DNA from: Octopus bimaculoides
Lineage: Eukaryota
Length of the DNA: 43,137 nt
Assembly: GCF_001194135.2 (NCBI RefSeq)
Contig: NC_068982.1
Coordinates: 59,498,260-59,541,396, forward strand
Reading direction: 5' to 3'
This document shows, piece by piece, positions 11,189-23,100 of the stretch (position 1 is the stretch's first letter; the number at the start of each line of letters is the position of its first letter). Made by a program: the position numbers and the translations under genes. The notes under the pieces were generated by a model. The model was not told the origin of the DNA. It was given only the letters and a program-made list of their open reading frames with translations, and ran no database searches.

Positions 11189-12479
11189 ATCTACAAGATT
11201 AAGACTGATTTGGGTCTCAAGAAGAACAGTAAATATAATCATATTTAGTAATTTCAGCAAGATGTTCAGTTTTCAAGTACAATCCTATTCATGTTAGTGA
11301 GGCCAAAATGGATTTCTTAAAAAAATCCAGTAAAAGAAAACAACAAAAATATGAACAAAACCTATATATATATAATTGGTCTTTATCGAATGATGAAGAA
11401 CATGGTAAAATTTTCTTCTAATGCTATGTAGTCCTCTATCATTATATTTACTCTGGATTGACAGCAGATATGCAATAACTGGCCTGTAGTAGAATCACTT
11501 TAATCCTTATGAAATATTGCTATATAACAATCTGATAATTTGTTGGATAAATATTCGATAGAAGTAATTGCAAATAATTAATTAAGGTCAAGTTCTTTGG
11601 AAGATATTTTGGCAGTTGTTCTAACATTGATAAATAAAATGACTTTGTGGTAGGGAGAAGATGAAAACATGAGGTGAGTGAAAGTCTGACCGAAAATAGG
11701 AAATTAATATTCATAATGAGAAAGAAAAGAAAAATTAAATACCATCTTCATCAACATCATTGTTGTTGTCATTATCACCATCATTGTCATCATCATTATC
11801 ATTATCAATAGAAACAATACTAAATTATGAAATGCTGCAGGATCTATGAAAATAAGTATAACAGTAGTGTAATACTTGATATACATAATTATACACTTCA
11901 TCTAATTATACTGCATAACACGATTTTTGTCCTTGGGTAGCAGCTGTTATATCCTATTTGCTCACCCTTTAAAAGTATGAAAAATGGTTAATATTTCCTT
12001 CAAACTTTTCTTTTGTTACATTTATTCAAATGCCAAAAAATCCCTCTCAATGCATGGCTATGATGCTTCCCCACTGCTCCAGCTTATGGCCAGAGATGCA
12101 CATATTGCTAGCCACTAAGGGGCATGCTCAAGGGGTTAAAGTCAAGCATCTGACAAGCAAATCTGTGGTAATGAGAAGAATATTTGCTATAACAATATTT
12201 TAACGATATTTATGCTTCAGCAACTCAGTGCTGAATCTGTCTGAAATGTAATGGAAAATAGGTCAGCTTGAAAACGCTGAATATCCAGGTCATGAAAGCA
12301 GAGTTTGAAGGGAATAATAGTAATTTCCTTTGACTTCTAGATAGAAGCAAACAGGAAATAACATTTACTGACTAAAGACAAAAATATAAATATTTTGTTA
12401 TGCAATTTTATCATAGCTGTCTAATATAGAAAATCCTTCATACTTTTATAAATTTGACACATTGTTACTGAAAGATTAA

Positions 12480-12699
12480 ACCTTTAGCATTTAAACCGAC
12501 CATATCCAGCCCAAATATTCTACATGTTTTATGTTCAAACTGGCCGTGTGTGGTCTCTCACAACTGCCCTACAATAACATCTTAAAAATATACAATCACC
12601 TCCTCAAAATCTCAAAGCTACGAGAAAATGCTTGACTAATTGAAACCATCATGAATAAATAAGCATTATATTTGATAGACTAATCTGAATGTTAAAGGG
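12480..12699. mobile_element. TTAA-flanked piggyBac-like MITE (220 bp)
   Basis: TTAA(12476-79)-aCCTTTAGCATT … AATGTTAAAGGG-TTAA(12700-03). Same family as the host element at 37657-39191. Confidence 0.85.
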
Positions 12700-12904
12700 T
12701 TAAATGTAGCCAATTGTTATCCAAGGGACTTTCACCCATCATAGTTGTTTTCACTGACAAATACCCTCTCATATATCTACTACACATATATCTCTTACAG
12801 CAAATTCTGTTAATAAAATATCTTGCATAACACTCAATCTTTCATTCAATAGGTGCAGCTGTTTAAGCACTTTGGAATCCATCTGAAAATGTCTCTGATT
12901 CTGT

Positions 12905-13045
12905 TTTAAAATAGTTTTAGTTAAAACCTTCCATCAAAATTTCCTGTTAATTTATGTTCCAAACACCAACTTAATCATGGTCAAGTTATTTTGATAAATT
13001 CTCTGTTATTTTCAAAGTTAATTGAAACAAAGGCATTACCCTATT
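12905..13045. mobile_element. Internal fragment of the MITE family at 29599-29815
   Basis: Colinear similarity (AAAACCTTCCATCAAA…AAGTTATTTT…TTAATTGAAACAAAG). Confidence 0.6.
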
Positions 13046-13855
13046 GCTGTTGAAGTAGGGTAATGAAAGAATTAAAGTAACACCCAAAGTTGTTTTATCA
13101 TGCTAAAGAGTTTAATTATGCCTTTCGTTTAGATTCCCTGTTGAGGTTGTTTAAAGCATAACACTCAAACTTGCTTCATTATGTTAAATATTTTTCTTAC
13201 ATCTTTTGTTCTTTAGTTAAAATTGTTAAAAGCACAGAACTTGATTACATGAATCTCATGATAAGCAGATTAATGTTAAAGGTTATATTGTCATTGACTA
13301 ATAATGTTCTTACCCCATCCCAGCTCAATTATTTCTCATTAGTTATTTAATGCCCTTGTATTAACTATGTTAACACTAACATAACTATTGTTCATTGTAT
13401 TTGCTGAAGTAGTGATGAAAGAATCACTAAATAAACATACAAGATTGTATACTGGTTGGTGGTGGAGGCAAATAGATTTGTTTAGAGAATGTGATTAACA
13501 TTGTTTAATTTGTACATTGCTAGTAATGCTAGTATTAGGTAGTTATGATAGCACACTCATACAAAAGTATCTTTAAATACACAACTACATTCATACAATT
13601 GTATGTATTGTATGTACGCATTCCCACCCATACACACACTCATATGCACACCTGGAGTAATCCATACAGATATGTAGACATCCCACCCTAGACACTGAAA
13701 ACCCAGAGTATCTAGGCTTTGAGAACATCTGTGGAAGATGATACTTTCTTTGACATCAGTAAAGCTTTTGAGTACATCTATCATGTGAATTTTTTCTTAA
13801 ATCTTCCTGACTATAAATCTTTACCAATCACAAGCCAACAGGGGACCCACTTTAT

Positions 13856-13950
13856 TAGTGGTTTTCAACAAGGGTCCATATGGCCCTTGAGGTCCACATA
13901 ATATTTTCTTGTTAAAATTTATCTGCAATAAATCGGTTGTATTTCTACAA
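13856..13950. mobile_element. hAT-like MITE left end fragment
   Basis: TAGTGGTTTTCAACAAGGGTCCATAT…GGTCCAC resembles the left ends at 10869 and 34915. Confidence 0.55.
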
Positions 13951-13954
13951 TACA

Positions 13955-14095
13955 CAAAACATTCTTCATTTCATGTTGCTTTAATCTATTCAGCTGATAA
14001 AAATGAGTAATCCTGTGATGGACTGGCATCCCATCCAGCACCGGACAAAACCAGCAAACTAGCCCTATGAGTCAGTATGACTCAAGAAGGACCTT
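13955..14095 (+). mobile_element. SINE 3' part with Deu/V-like GATGGACTGGCATCCCATCCAG block
   Basis: Shares the GATGGACTGGC(A/G)TCCCATCCAG block with the full SINE at 22492-22806. Confidence 0.6.
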
Positions 14096-14544
14096 ATCTC
14101 AGGACAAATATCGCAGTAAAATTGCCTATCATGAAGGCTACATCTCATACTTTCAATTAACCTTTCGTTACAATCCTGTGTAGTAGGCAAGGGATTAGGA
14201 AGAACATTTGAAAGCCCAACAAAAATATTTTGTGATAGTTACTGCTCTAAATGCTCTGATTTCAAATCCTGCCAAGGTTATCTTAATCTTTCTTCATCTT
14301 TCTTGAGTGAGAAAAGTATATTAAATAAAATAATATTAAAATAAGCATGACCGTGTGATGAAAAATTTTATCTGCCCAACTGAGTGGTCCCAAGTTCAAT
14401 TGCACTGCATGACATTTTTGGAAAGTTCGCTTTAATAGAGCTTTGACTCTACAAAAGCCTTTTGAGCAAAATTTAGTTAAGAGAAAAAGCGTGTGGAAGC
14501 CTGTTGAATGTATGTATTGTTTGTGCATGAGCATGCATGTGGAT

Positions 14545-14800
14545 GCACATGGCTTAGTGGTTAGAGTGCTGGACTCACGATCATGAGATTCTGCTTTTGA
14601 TTCTTGGACCAGGTGATGTATTGTGTTCTTGAGCAAAACACTTCACATTGATGCTGTCCACTCGGCTGTAGAAGTGTGTGCCACTAGTGGAGGTGCATTG
14701 CTTAGCAGTTAGGGTGTTGGATTCACAACCATAAGATTGTGGTTTTGATCCCTGAACTGGATGGTCCATTGTATTCTTGAGCAAAACACTTCACTTCACT
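14545..14800 (+). mobile_element. Two tandem tRNA(Arg-like)-derived SINE heads
   Basis: Units at ~14545 and ~14689. Each has TGGCTTAGTGGTTAG / TGCTTAGCAGTTAG (A box), a TTTTGAT(T/C)C B-box-like motif and TTCTTGAGCAAAACACTTCAC. Confidence 0.75.
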
Positions 14801-14886
14801 GGAGAGGGATGGTCTCTACCAGGCTTTCTCACCTTAGCTGCAGTGCCCCAACAATTCCCAAGGAGTTACAGGACTTATCATGCATG

Positions 14887-14919
<33 letters not shown>

Positions 14920-15099
14920 TAGTGTATCTCTGTGTNNNNNNNNNNNNNNNNNNNNNNNNNNNNNNNNNNNNNNNNNNNNNNNNNNNNNNNNNNNGTGTGT
15001 GTGTGTGTTGTGTGTTAGAGTATTGTCATGAGACAGCAAAAACTGTTGCATCAAGTGAGAGTTCTTTGTTGTATTTGGACCCTTCTCACTCACCCATCC

Positions 15100-15285
15100 T
15101 TCCAATCCCAGCCAGCTTTGCCTTTTGTTTTCTTTTCAGGTCGATAAAGTAAGTACCAGACACAGTAATGAGATTGATAATGTTGACTAAAAGAAACAAC
15201 AAAAGAAAAATCTCTTCAAAATCAGTGCCCCACCATGGCCACAGTCCAGTAACTGAAACCAATGACAGAACAACAGAATGAAAAA
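15100..15285 (+). mobile_element. SINE fragment with a family B-like central block and a family A-like 3' tail
   Basis: GCTTTGCCTTT…GGTCGATAAAGTAAGTACCAG, followed by CCACCATGGCCACAGTC…CTGAAAC. Confidence 0.65.
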
Positions 15286-15380
15286 AAAGTGATTAAAATT
15301 CATACTTTATAATCTATCCCACTATAAAATTTCATAGCTAAGAGAAATCTCCGCCACCAAAAAAATTATAAGGTAAATAT

Positions 15381-15564
15381 AGGCACAGGCATGGCTGTGT
15401 GGTAAGAAGCTTGCTTCCCAAACACACAGTTTCAGGTTCAGTCTTGCCGCATGGCACCTTGGGCAAGTGTCTCCTGCTATAACCTCAGGCCGACCAAAGC
15501 CTTGTGAGTGGATTTGGCAGACAGAAACTGAGAGAAGTCCGTCGTGTGTGTGTGTGTGTGTATG

Positions 15565-15618
<54 letters not shown>

Positions 15619-15835
15619 TGTGTTTGTCCCTCATCGCTGCTTGACAACTGATATTGGTGTGTTTATATCCCTGTAACTTAGCAGTCCAGCAAAAGAGACC
15701 AATAGAATAATTACTAGGCTTTAAAAAAGAAACATCCTGGGCCGACTTGTTTGACTAAAAAAAAACTCTTCAAAGCAGTGCTCCTGCATGGCCACAGTCA
15801 AATGATTAAAACAAGTAAAAAAATAAAAAAAGAAT
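15381..15835 (+). mobile_element. Family A SINE, full length
   Basis: Head GGCACAGGCATGGCTGTGTGGTAAG, core GGCACCTTGGGCAAGTGTC, expanded internal (GT)n, standard tail. Confidence 0.92.
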
Positions 15836-15862
15836 GCTAAAAGAATTTTTTTCCCTTGTATA

Positions 15863-16220
15863 CCATTCGAGCGTGGCTGATGCCAGTGCCACCTGGCTGA
15901 CACCTGTGCTGGTGGCACATAAAAAGCACCATTTGTGCATGACCTATGCCAGTATTGCCTGACTGGCACCCTTGCTGGTGGCATGTAAAAAGCACCATTC
16001 AGCCATGGTCAATGCCAGTGTCATTTGACTGGCTCCCGTGCCAGTGGCACATAAAAAGCACTCACTACACTCTCGGAGTGGTTGGCATTAGGAAGGGCTT
16101 CCAGCTGTAGAAACCTTGCCAAATCAGATTAGATCCTGGTGAAGGCTCCCGGCTTGCCAGTCCTCAGTCAAACCGTCCAACCGATACCAGCATGGAAGGC
16201 AGACGTTAAATGATGGCGAT
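15863..16220 (+). mobile_element. RTE LINE 3' UTR with three ~64-bp internal repeats
   Basis: Three GTG(C/T)(T/C)(G/A)GTGGCA…AAAAAGCAC units, then CACTACACTCTCGGAGTGGTTGGC… and the tail GACGTTAAATGATG. Confidence 0.88.
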
Positions 16221-16343
16221 CAGTCTAGTAGTTGACATTTGATCTTTCCTAGTTTTTGTTTACTATAAGGGGTCATTGAATCCACAAACTGATTTCCTAA
16301 CCCCCCCCCCAAAAAAAACGTCTTAAATCATTTCATTCTCCAG

Positions 16344-16407
16344 CTACCGATTTGTCCACCACAGCCCCCATCCTACCCCATGCCCCCAAACTCATTGAGA
16401 AACACAA
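16344..16407 (+). other. Candidate 64-nt internal exon (possible LPICPPQPPSYPMPPNSLRNT or TDLSTTAPILPHAPKLIEKH)
   Basis: Acceptor tttcattctccag, donor gtaag(t). C-rich relative to flanks, with two frames open. No product recognised. Confidence 0.4.
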
Positions 16408-18489
16408 GTAAGNNNNNNNNNNNNNNNNNNNNNNNNNNNNNNNNNNNNNNNNNNNNNNNNNNNNNNNNNNNNNNNNNNNNNNNNNNNNNNNNNNNNNNNN
16501 NNNNNNNNNNNNNNNNNNNNNNNNNNNNNNNNNNNNNNNNNNNNNNNNNNNNNNNNNNNNNNNNNNNNNNNNNNNNNNNNNNNNNNNNNNNNNCAAGTAA
16601 GTAATCAGTCGAAAGTCTTGACATACATTCTTAAGGTGTTACTTTTATAATGCAGCAGAGCTTTAGTCTTTGCTTCTTGGCTTCTAATCAATAAACACAC
16701 ATGACAGACACACAAACAAGCATTAAATACCCATATTGTGAATAATCATATACACATTAATGCACATTTTCGACTTGAATGGATTTATTGAACTCCGTTT
16801 TGTAATGTTTTCTTTGTTTTTTTTTTGTTTTTTTGCTTAGTTTTATTATATATTTTTGTTTTTTTTTTCTTTTTGTTTTCTTCAGTGTTGTTTTTCTTCC
16901 TTTTTATGTATGAAGAGACATAACTATGTGTGAGATAATAATCCATATCTAGTCGAGATTCTATGTCAAATTTTACTCCACTTTATATAATACGAAACTG
17001 TATTTATCCCTCTTTCTTGTAGTTTTATTTCACTTGCTTGTTATTTTTCTTATTCTTCTTTTTTAAAATTTATTTGGAGAGGTTCTTATTTTTATCTGAT
17101 TTCACATTTTGCTTCTCTCTCTTGCTTTCTTTACATATATGTGTGTGTGTGAGAGTGTGTGTGTGTGTGTGTGTGTGTGTGCAAAACTCTAGCTATCCAT
17201 CTATTTATCAGTTGCTTTCTATTTTTCTATTTCTCTCTGATTCTCTTGCCATGTATCCCATTAAAATGTGTGTGTAACAACAGCATTTGATGTTACAAAA
17301 GAAAAAGAAAAGAAAAGAAAAGAAAAGAAAACCAAAAGAAAAACAAAACAAAAAGGGAGAGGGGAGAATGTTTGATGTTGGTTGACGGACATTAAACCAT
17401 GTCACCGAAACAAGAGACTAGCAGACAAAAGCATATATACAAGTTGGAATTCATCCATGTCTTCTATCATAGTGCTAAACCTGATCAGACAAAGGTGAAA
17501 TTCCAATCAAATCACACAACTGTACATTTTTTTTTTTTTTTCTCTCCAAAACATGTGTCTGGTAACAAGAGATCATCTTTTGCTATGTTACAATTTTATT
17601 TTTATTTCTTTTCCAACTAATGGAAATCAAAAATAAAAAAAAGAAAAACAGAAATCACTTGTTATCAAACTTGAAACTCCGAAGAAAAATTTTAAAAAGA
17701 AATGAGTAAAAAAAAACAACTATTTTCTTTTTTTTGCTTTTTGTTCTTTAGATCATTGTAGAATTCATTGGAAGAGAGTGCTTATTTTGTAGTTTCTATG
17801 ACTGCACTATAGTGTTTTTCTAACATTTTAGCAAATAGGTAAGCCTGTATCAATAGTTTCTATGAAGTTCTATACCATGTTTTCTTTTGTAACTTCATTA
17901 TGATAAAACTTTAAGTTTATTTGGTGACTGATTACAACCAAAGAGATGAGCTATACAAAATACATGACAGGCCTGCATTCAATTGCGATGATTTTAGACT
18001 TTTAGTACAATGCAAAAAAGAAAGGTGGGAAACATACACAAAAATACATATCCCAAGTAAAATTCGAACCTGCTGCTCCTCTGTTTCTTACAGTTCAATC
18101 TACATCATTTAATGTCTTTTATGTACTTTTAAAATGCATGTAGTCAATGTAAAAATACAACTGTTTTCATTTATAGCTCCCATCATGAAGTGTGAAAGCC
18201 CACTGCAACGAGTAATCAAACCAAGTGGAAATGTTTACAGCAAATTTTGCTTCGGTTTTATTTAATTTCCATCTAAATATAACATTATTTAGGTGTTTTG
18301 TATTGTTTGCTATTTGTTTTCGAAGATAACCAATGGAACAACAGTGGATGCAGTTGCATAAGACAACTGGAGGTTAGTAACTGCTCTTGCTTGTGCTACA
18401 CCTTCCATACAATGAAACTATGGAAGTGATGCTATTACATTTTCGCAGATATGTGTGATACCCAGACTGTTACAATGAAATATTTTGTT

Positions 18490-18843
18490 GCCTAAATGGC
18501 ACTTATGCTGGTGCCATATAAAAAGCACCCTTCAAACGTTGGGCCTCATGGAGGCAGTGATAAATGACTGAGACCTTTGGCAATATATAGTACTTGATTA
18601 GATCTGGCAAGCCAAGTTAGATCGTAGTTGTGGCTGATGCTGGTTACATAACTGGCACCTGTGCTGGTAGCATGTAAGAAGCACCCACTAAACTCTTGGA
18701 TTGGTTGGTGTTGGGAAGGGAATCCAGCCGTAGAAACCATGCCAAATCAGATTGGAACCTGGTGTTGCTTACCAGTTTTCAGTCAAACTGTCCAACCCAT
18801 GCCAGCATGGAAAGCGGACGTTAAATGATGATGATGATGATGA
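18490..18843 (+). mobile_element. RTE-derived element: UTR repeat unit + ORF C-terminal 90 nt + 3' UTR + (GAT)n
   Basis: 18532-18625 aligns with 4683-4779 (TTGGGCCTCA…GAGACCTTTGG…GGCAAGCCAAG…AGATCGT). It continues into the UTR seen at 15863-16220. Confidence 0.88.
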
Positions 18844-21766
18844 AGTGGTTTGAGAAAGATCAAGTCATGGTTTGTCCTGAAGTTGGATTTTAGTGAGGCA
18901 GGAACTGCACTGAATGATAGTAGCACACTTCTATCAGTGACTTCTGGATCAGTAGCAAGACTGGCCAAAACAAAGGAAGGTTGACAGAGGATGCAGTTAG
19001 GTGACCAGCATATTCCACTATGGTCTGAGGTCCATTTCCCACAACAATGTTGCAGGATATTGTCTTTCTGTCTAATGAAATTTAACACTGATGGTCAGGT
19101 TTATTCTACACAGTCTGCTGGAAATTCAGTCTTCATATGTGTAGTCTCAAGTATTTAAATAATTTCACTAAGCATTTGAACTTATTTCCTATTCTTAGAA
19201 CATGAACAAGATGTACTACAGTGCTGAGTCGAAGAATTTAAGCAATAAGGATTTATAGTGGTTTTTGTATTCTTTGTCTATCATTTAATCTTTTTTATAT
19301 AATAGAGTTAAACACATGATGATGTAAAACTCCAAATCTACTACATAAAGTTTTTTTTCAACACTTCTAGGTATTGCATTAGTTAGAAGTTATTCTGTGT
19401 TACTAAACATCAACTTTGTAAAACATACATTTTAACTGAGTATTATTAATTTAGGACATAATGGTCAACATTTTTATCCTATGCAGAAACTTAAAACTTC
19501 TTTTTTTTTTGTTTTTTGCTGATTCGTTTATTGTAGTTAAAACTTTTCCTTTTGGGTTTTCAAGTAACTTTTGATAACAAAAAACAAAAAAAAAACAACA
19601 ACCTTCAAATTAGAAGTTGAAATGAAAAGGTTAATCCTGTTAACCATCAACATGAATTCAAACAGTTACAAGTAGTTTTATGAGTGTTTGTACCTTACCA
19701 CAATGTCAATTAAGAAGCCAGCAACTTTGATCCTTCATGTCTGAGTGCACTGTATTTGTTTTAATAAAAAGAAAGTCTGCAGAAGAAAAAGAAGATATAG
19801 GATGTGTTTTTGTTTTCTTTTTCTGGGTAAGTGATCACCTAGAGAGGTTATTGGAAGAAACCTCTTGCTAAACTGACAAAATGATGATGTGAATATTAGG
19901 AGTTGGCATTTCAACAAGTTCTGATCATTTATAACAAATGAAGAAAGTGAGGAAAATTGCCAAATATGGTAACAAATTAATAGAAAATTGCCATTTCAAA
20001 GGTTGCACTATGCTGCTTTTGTGTAACAGAAATGAACTAATTTTTGTTTTAATCAGGCTCTGTAGAGAACAGCAAACCATTTGCAATAATTGAAAAATAT
20101 CTACACAATGACTTGGCTATAAAGAGACTTTCAGGCAATTATTCACCAAACAGAAAATTATAAGCTGTGCAACTCCTATGATACACAACAGGTTTCTTGC
20201 ACAAGAACTGGAATGAAATACAAGCAAAATTGCACAACTGTTGTAAGCAGTCAGGCCAGGTCTCTGATAGGAGAAAAATTTATCCCTTATCTTTCTCCCA
20301 CCAGTCATCTGGAAGCCCTGAAAACAATTATGGATGCTTTCTCTTGCACCTAAACTATCAGATATATCTCCAATTTAATATTATGTCATATACTGTGCAA
20401 ATGATGCTTCATAAGTTCACTGACATTATGGAACTCTCCACCACACTGCACAAACTAATGATTCCCTGAATCCTGTTTTTAAGAATTTATACATGTTAAA
20501 ACAAGAAAATATAGCAACAAAATAAATGCACTGAATTCATTCACAGAAACTTTTTTGAACGCAGCACTTCAAGGTTTTAGAGTTTATTTTCTTATTAACA
20601 TAAATAATCATTTTTATTTTAATCAACAAAAGTGTTTACAATCCTATGGTTTCTATCTTCACAGATAATGTTACACATGCATAAATTTATTGATTAGTAG
20701 AGTTGAAGTTTGAAATCAGCTATTATTTTCTAAACAGCTTAATGGCTATTAGCATTGTAAAGAAGGATTATCACACACTGCTTTTTGTTCTTGGTTTCCT
20801 AACGTTGACATTTAAATATATATTTTCAAAATATATTCAGTTATTTGTATGAAATGCTGGAACCATTTAATTTTTTAAAAATTAATAATCACTATAACAA
20901 CAAGGGAAATTGATGCTAATATTTTCAGATCTATATATTGATGCAGGTATACAAAGGTATATTTCAATAACCACAATTACCTGATCACTCAAGTAATAAA
21001 GGGTTCGCCCTCAATATAAAATAAAGTGCTGATTTAAGGTATATTTCATACTAGATTTTCTTTAACCTTAAATCAGTAGCTCTCCTAATGGAGAATCAGG
21101 AAAAGGAGTTAGGGGCACTTAAATTTCAGATTATACAGTAATATTTATATTTTGTACAAATTTAATGTGTCTTTTCTTCAATGACTCAAATTTAGTTTGC
21201 TTTTACTCTAAAAAAAAAAAACTATAAAAAAGAAAAGAAAACATTTAAACATCTTATTTTTCTTTCTTCACTTTCTAAACAGCTCAGCTATTGTAGCAAA
21301 CAGTGAATAAATAAATAGTTGTACCAAAAATACTGGAAAGAAAGACATTATTTCAGTCTGTCTCATGAACTTATTTATTTTTGTTTTAAATTCAAAACTG
21401 GAAAAACAAAATTAAACACACAGGCAGTCTCCCCACATGAAGTAGAAGAAGAAGAAGAAGAACAACAACAACAACAAAAACCAACAAATAAACGAAATGT
21501 CAAGAATAATATATCAAATTTCTTCTGAACAGATGCCATCTTAGTAAAAGTTAGAAACAATCTTTAAAAAAAAAATAATTTTACAGATTTTTTATTTCTT
21601 AGAATTGTTTGTTTGAAGTTATATTCAATTCTGTTTATCTTAAAATAATAAGCCATGAAAAAGTTTACATCATTTTCTAATTAGTTGTTAAGCTTGAACA
21701 ACATACCTATGATGACTCTTTATTAAGGGTCACTGGTTTGCTGCTATTAAAGGACTACATACATAA

Positions 21767-21822
<56 letters not shown>

Positions 21823-21836
21823 GTATCAACAGTTGA

Positions 21837-22478
21837 AACACTAACTTCAGGAAATTAACCAGTTACCTGATCCCCTACCACTCAGAAAAACATACAAGCC
21901 AGATTGACTTCATATTCACCAAAGAAAAAAAGATAGTGATGATGATGAATTCTAAATATTTTCCTCGTGAACAATGCACCACTCTAGTGATTAGAGACAT
22001 CAATGTGAGAGCTGGATGGATCAAAATACATAAGACAATATGGTAAAGGAAGATGTAACTTTTGGCCAGTTGTAAACTCAAAGAAATACTAGCCAGTGCA
22101 TGCATAAATCAAGAAGGAAAGCAAAACCATATCACATAGAAAACAACTGGGAGTTTCTGTGTGTCAAACTGCCACAAGCCACAGATCAGGTATGTTAATG
22201 GAGCAAGATTTCAGCTACATGGAACATAACAATGTAGTGGAATAAGACAGTGGCATAAAATCTAATAGATAGGCTTATAAAGAATGGAAGAGAAGAAAGA
22301 TCAAGGAACAAAATCAAGGATGCTAGATATCATATATACTTAGCTAGGAAAGATGCAGAAAATAGGACTAGTGCCAATGTTCTGTGGTGTGAAAATCAGA
22401 GGTGAAAATCAGAGGCATGAGATGCTCTGGATTGCGAAAATGTGAATCAGTATGAATCAGGACATCGTTGGTGAAAAA
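21837..22478 (+). mobile_element. Degenerate RTE LINE fragment: end of AP-endonuclease plus linker
   Basis: Pieced translation: NTNFRKLTSYLIPYHSEKHTSQIDFIFT…FPREQCT…NWEFL…ATDQVC*W…YLARKDAE…ANVL…NQDIVGEK. It contains stops and frameshifts, and a 13-bp tandem duplication at 22389-22414. Confidence 0.8.
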
Positions 22479-22491
22479 TAAATATATATAT

Positions 22492-22806
22492 TATTTATTT
22501 ATGCGCCCTTTTAAAGCCTAGCCAGGCTCATGGGCCCGGTTTCCCAGTTTTTATGGCATATGTGTTTTCCCCAGCTGGATGGGACGCCAGTCCATCATAG
22601 CATTACTCAAGGAACAGGAAGAAAGAGTGAAAGAAAGTTGGGGCGAAAGAGTAGAACAGGGGTCGCTACCATCCCCTGCCGGAGCCTCATGGAACTTTTA
22701 GGTATTTTAACTCAATAAACACACACAATGCCCGGTCTGGGAATCAAAACCGCGATCCTCCAACCACGAGTCCACTGCCCTAACCACTGGGCCATTGCAC
22801 CTCTAC
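22492..22806 (-). mobile_element. Full-length tRNA-headed SINE (family C) with candidate 12-bp TSD
   Basis: Minus strand reads GAGGTGCAATGGCCCAGTGGTTAGGG…TTTTGATTCC…GATGGACTGGCGTCCCATCCAG…(TAAA)n. AAATATATATAT occurs at 22480-91 and 22807-18 (low complexity). Confidence 0.85.
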
Positions 22807-22883
22807 AAATATATATATGTTTGTATATATATCCTGGACAAATTCCTCCCAGGAATACTGGAAAAAACATCTACACCTGGTGG

Positions 22884-22930
<47 letters not shown>

Positions 22931-22944
22931 AGTATCTATGTGTG

Positions 22945-23100
22945 AGTCTTTGTATCTGTGTTTGTTCCCCCATCACTGCTTGACAACCGGTGTTGATGTG
23001 TTTATGTCCCGGTGTCGATTTGTTTGACTAAAACCCTTCAAGGTAGTGTTCCAGCATGGCCATAGTGAAATGAATGAAACAAGTAAAAGAATAAAAGAAT
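22945..23100 (+). mobile_element. Family A SINE 3' half with internal deletion
   Basis: GTGTTTATGTCCC joins directly to GGTGTCGATTTG, skipping ~65 nt of the other copies. Confidence 0.8.

Noticed and set aside
15863-16060. CRISPR-like look of palindromic ~37-nt repeats with ~27-nt spacers (also 2227-2445)
   Set aside because: The spacers are homologous to each other, the units lie inside a LINE 3' UTR, the context is eukaryotic and there are no cas genes.
18293-18430. GPS/GAIN-like pattern (…DNQWNNSGCSCIRQLEVSNCSCLCY)
   Set aside because: It lacks the C-x-(F/Y)-W start and the HL(T/S) cleavage motif and ends in a stop shortly after. It is kept only as a generic exon candidate.
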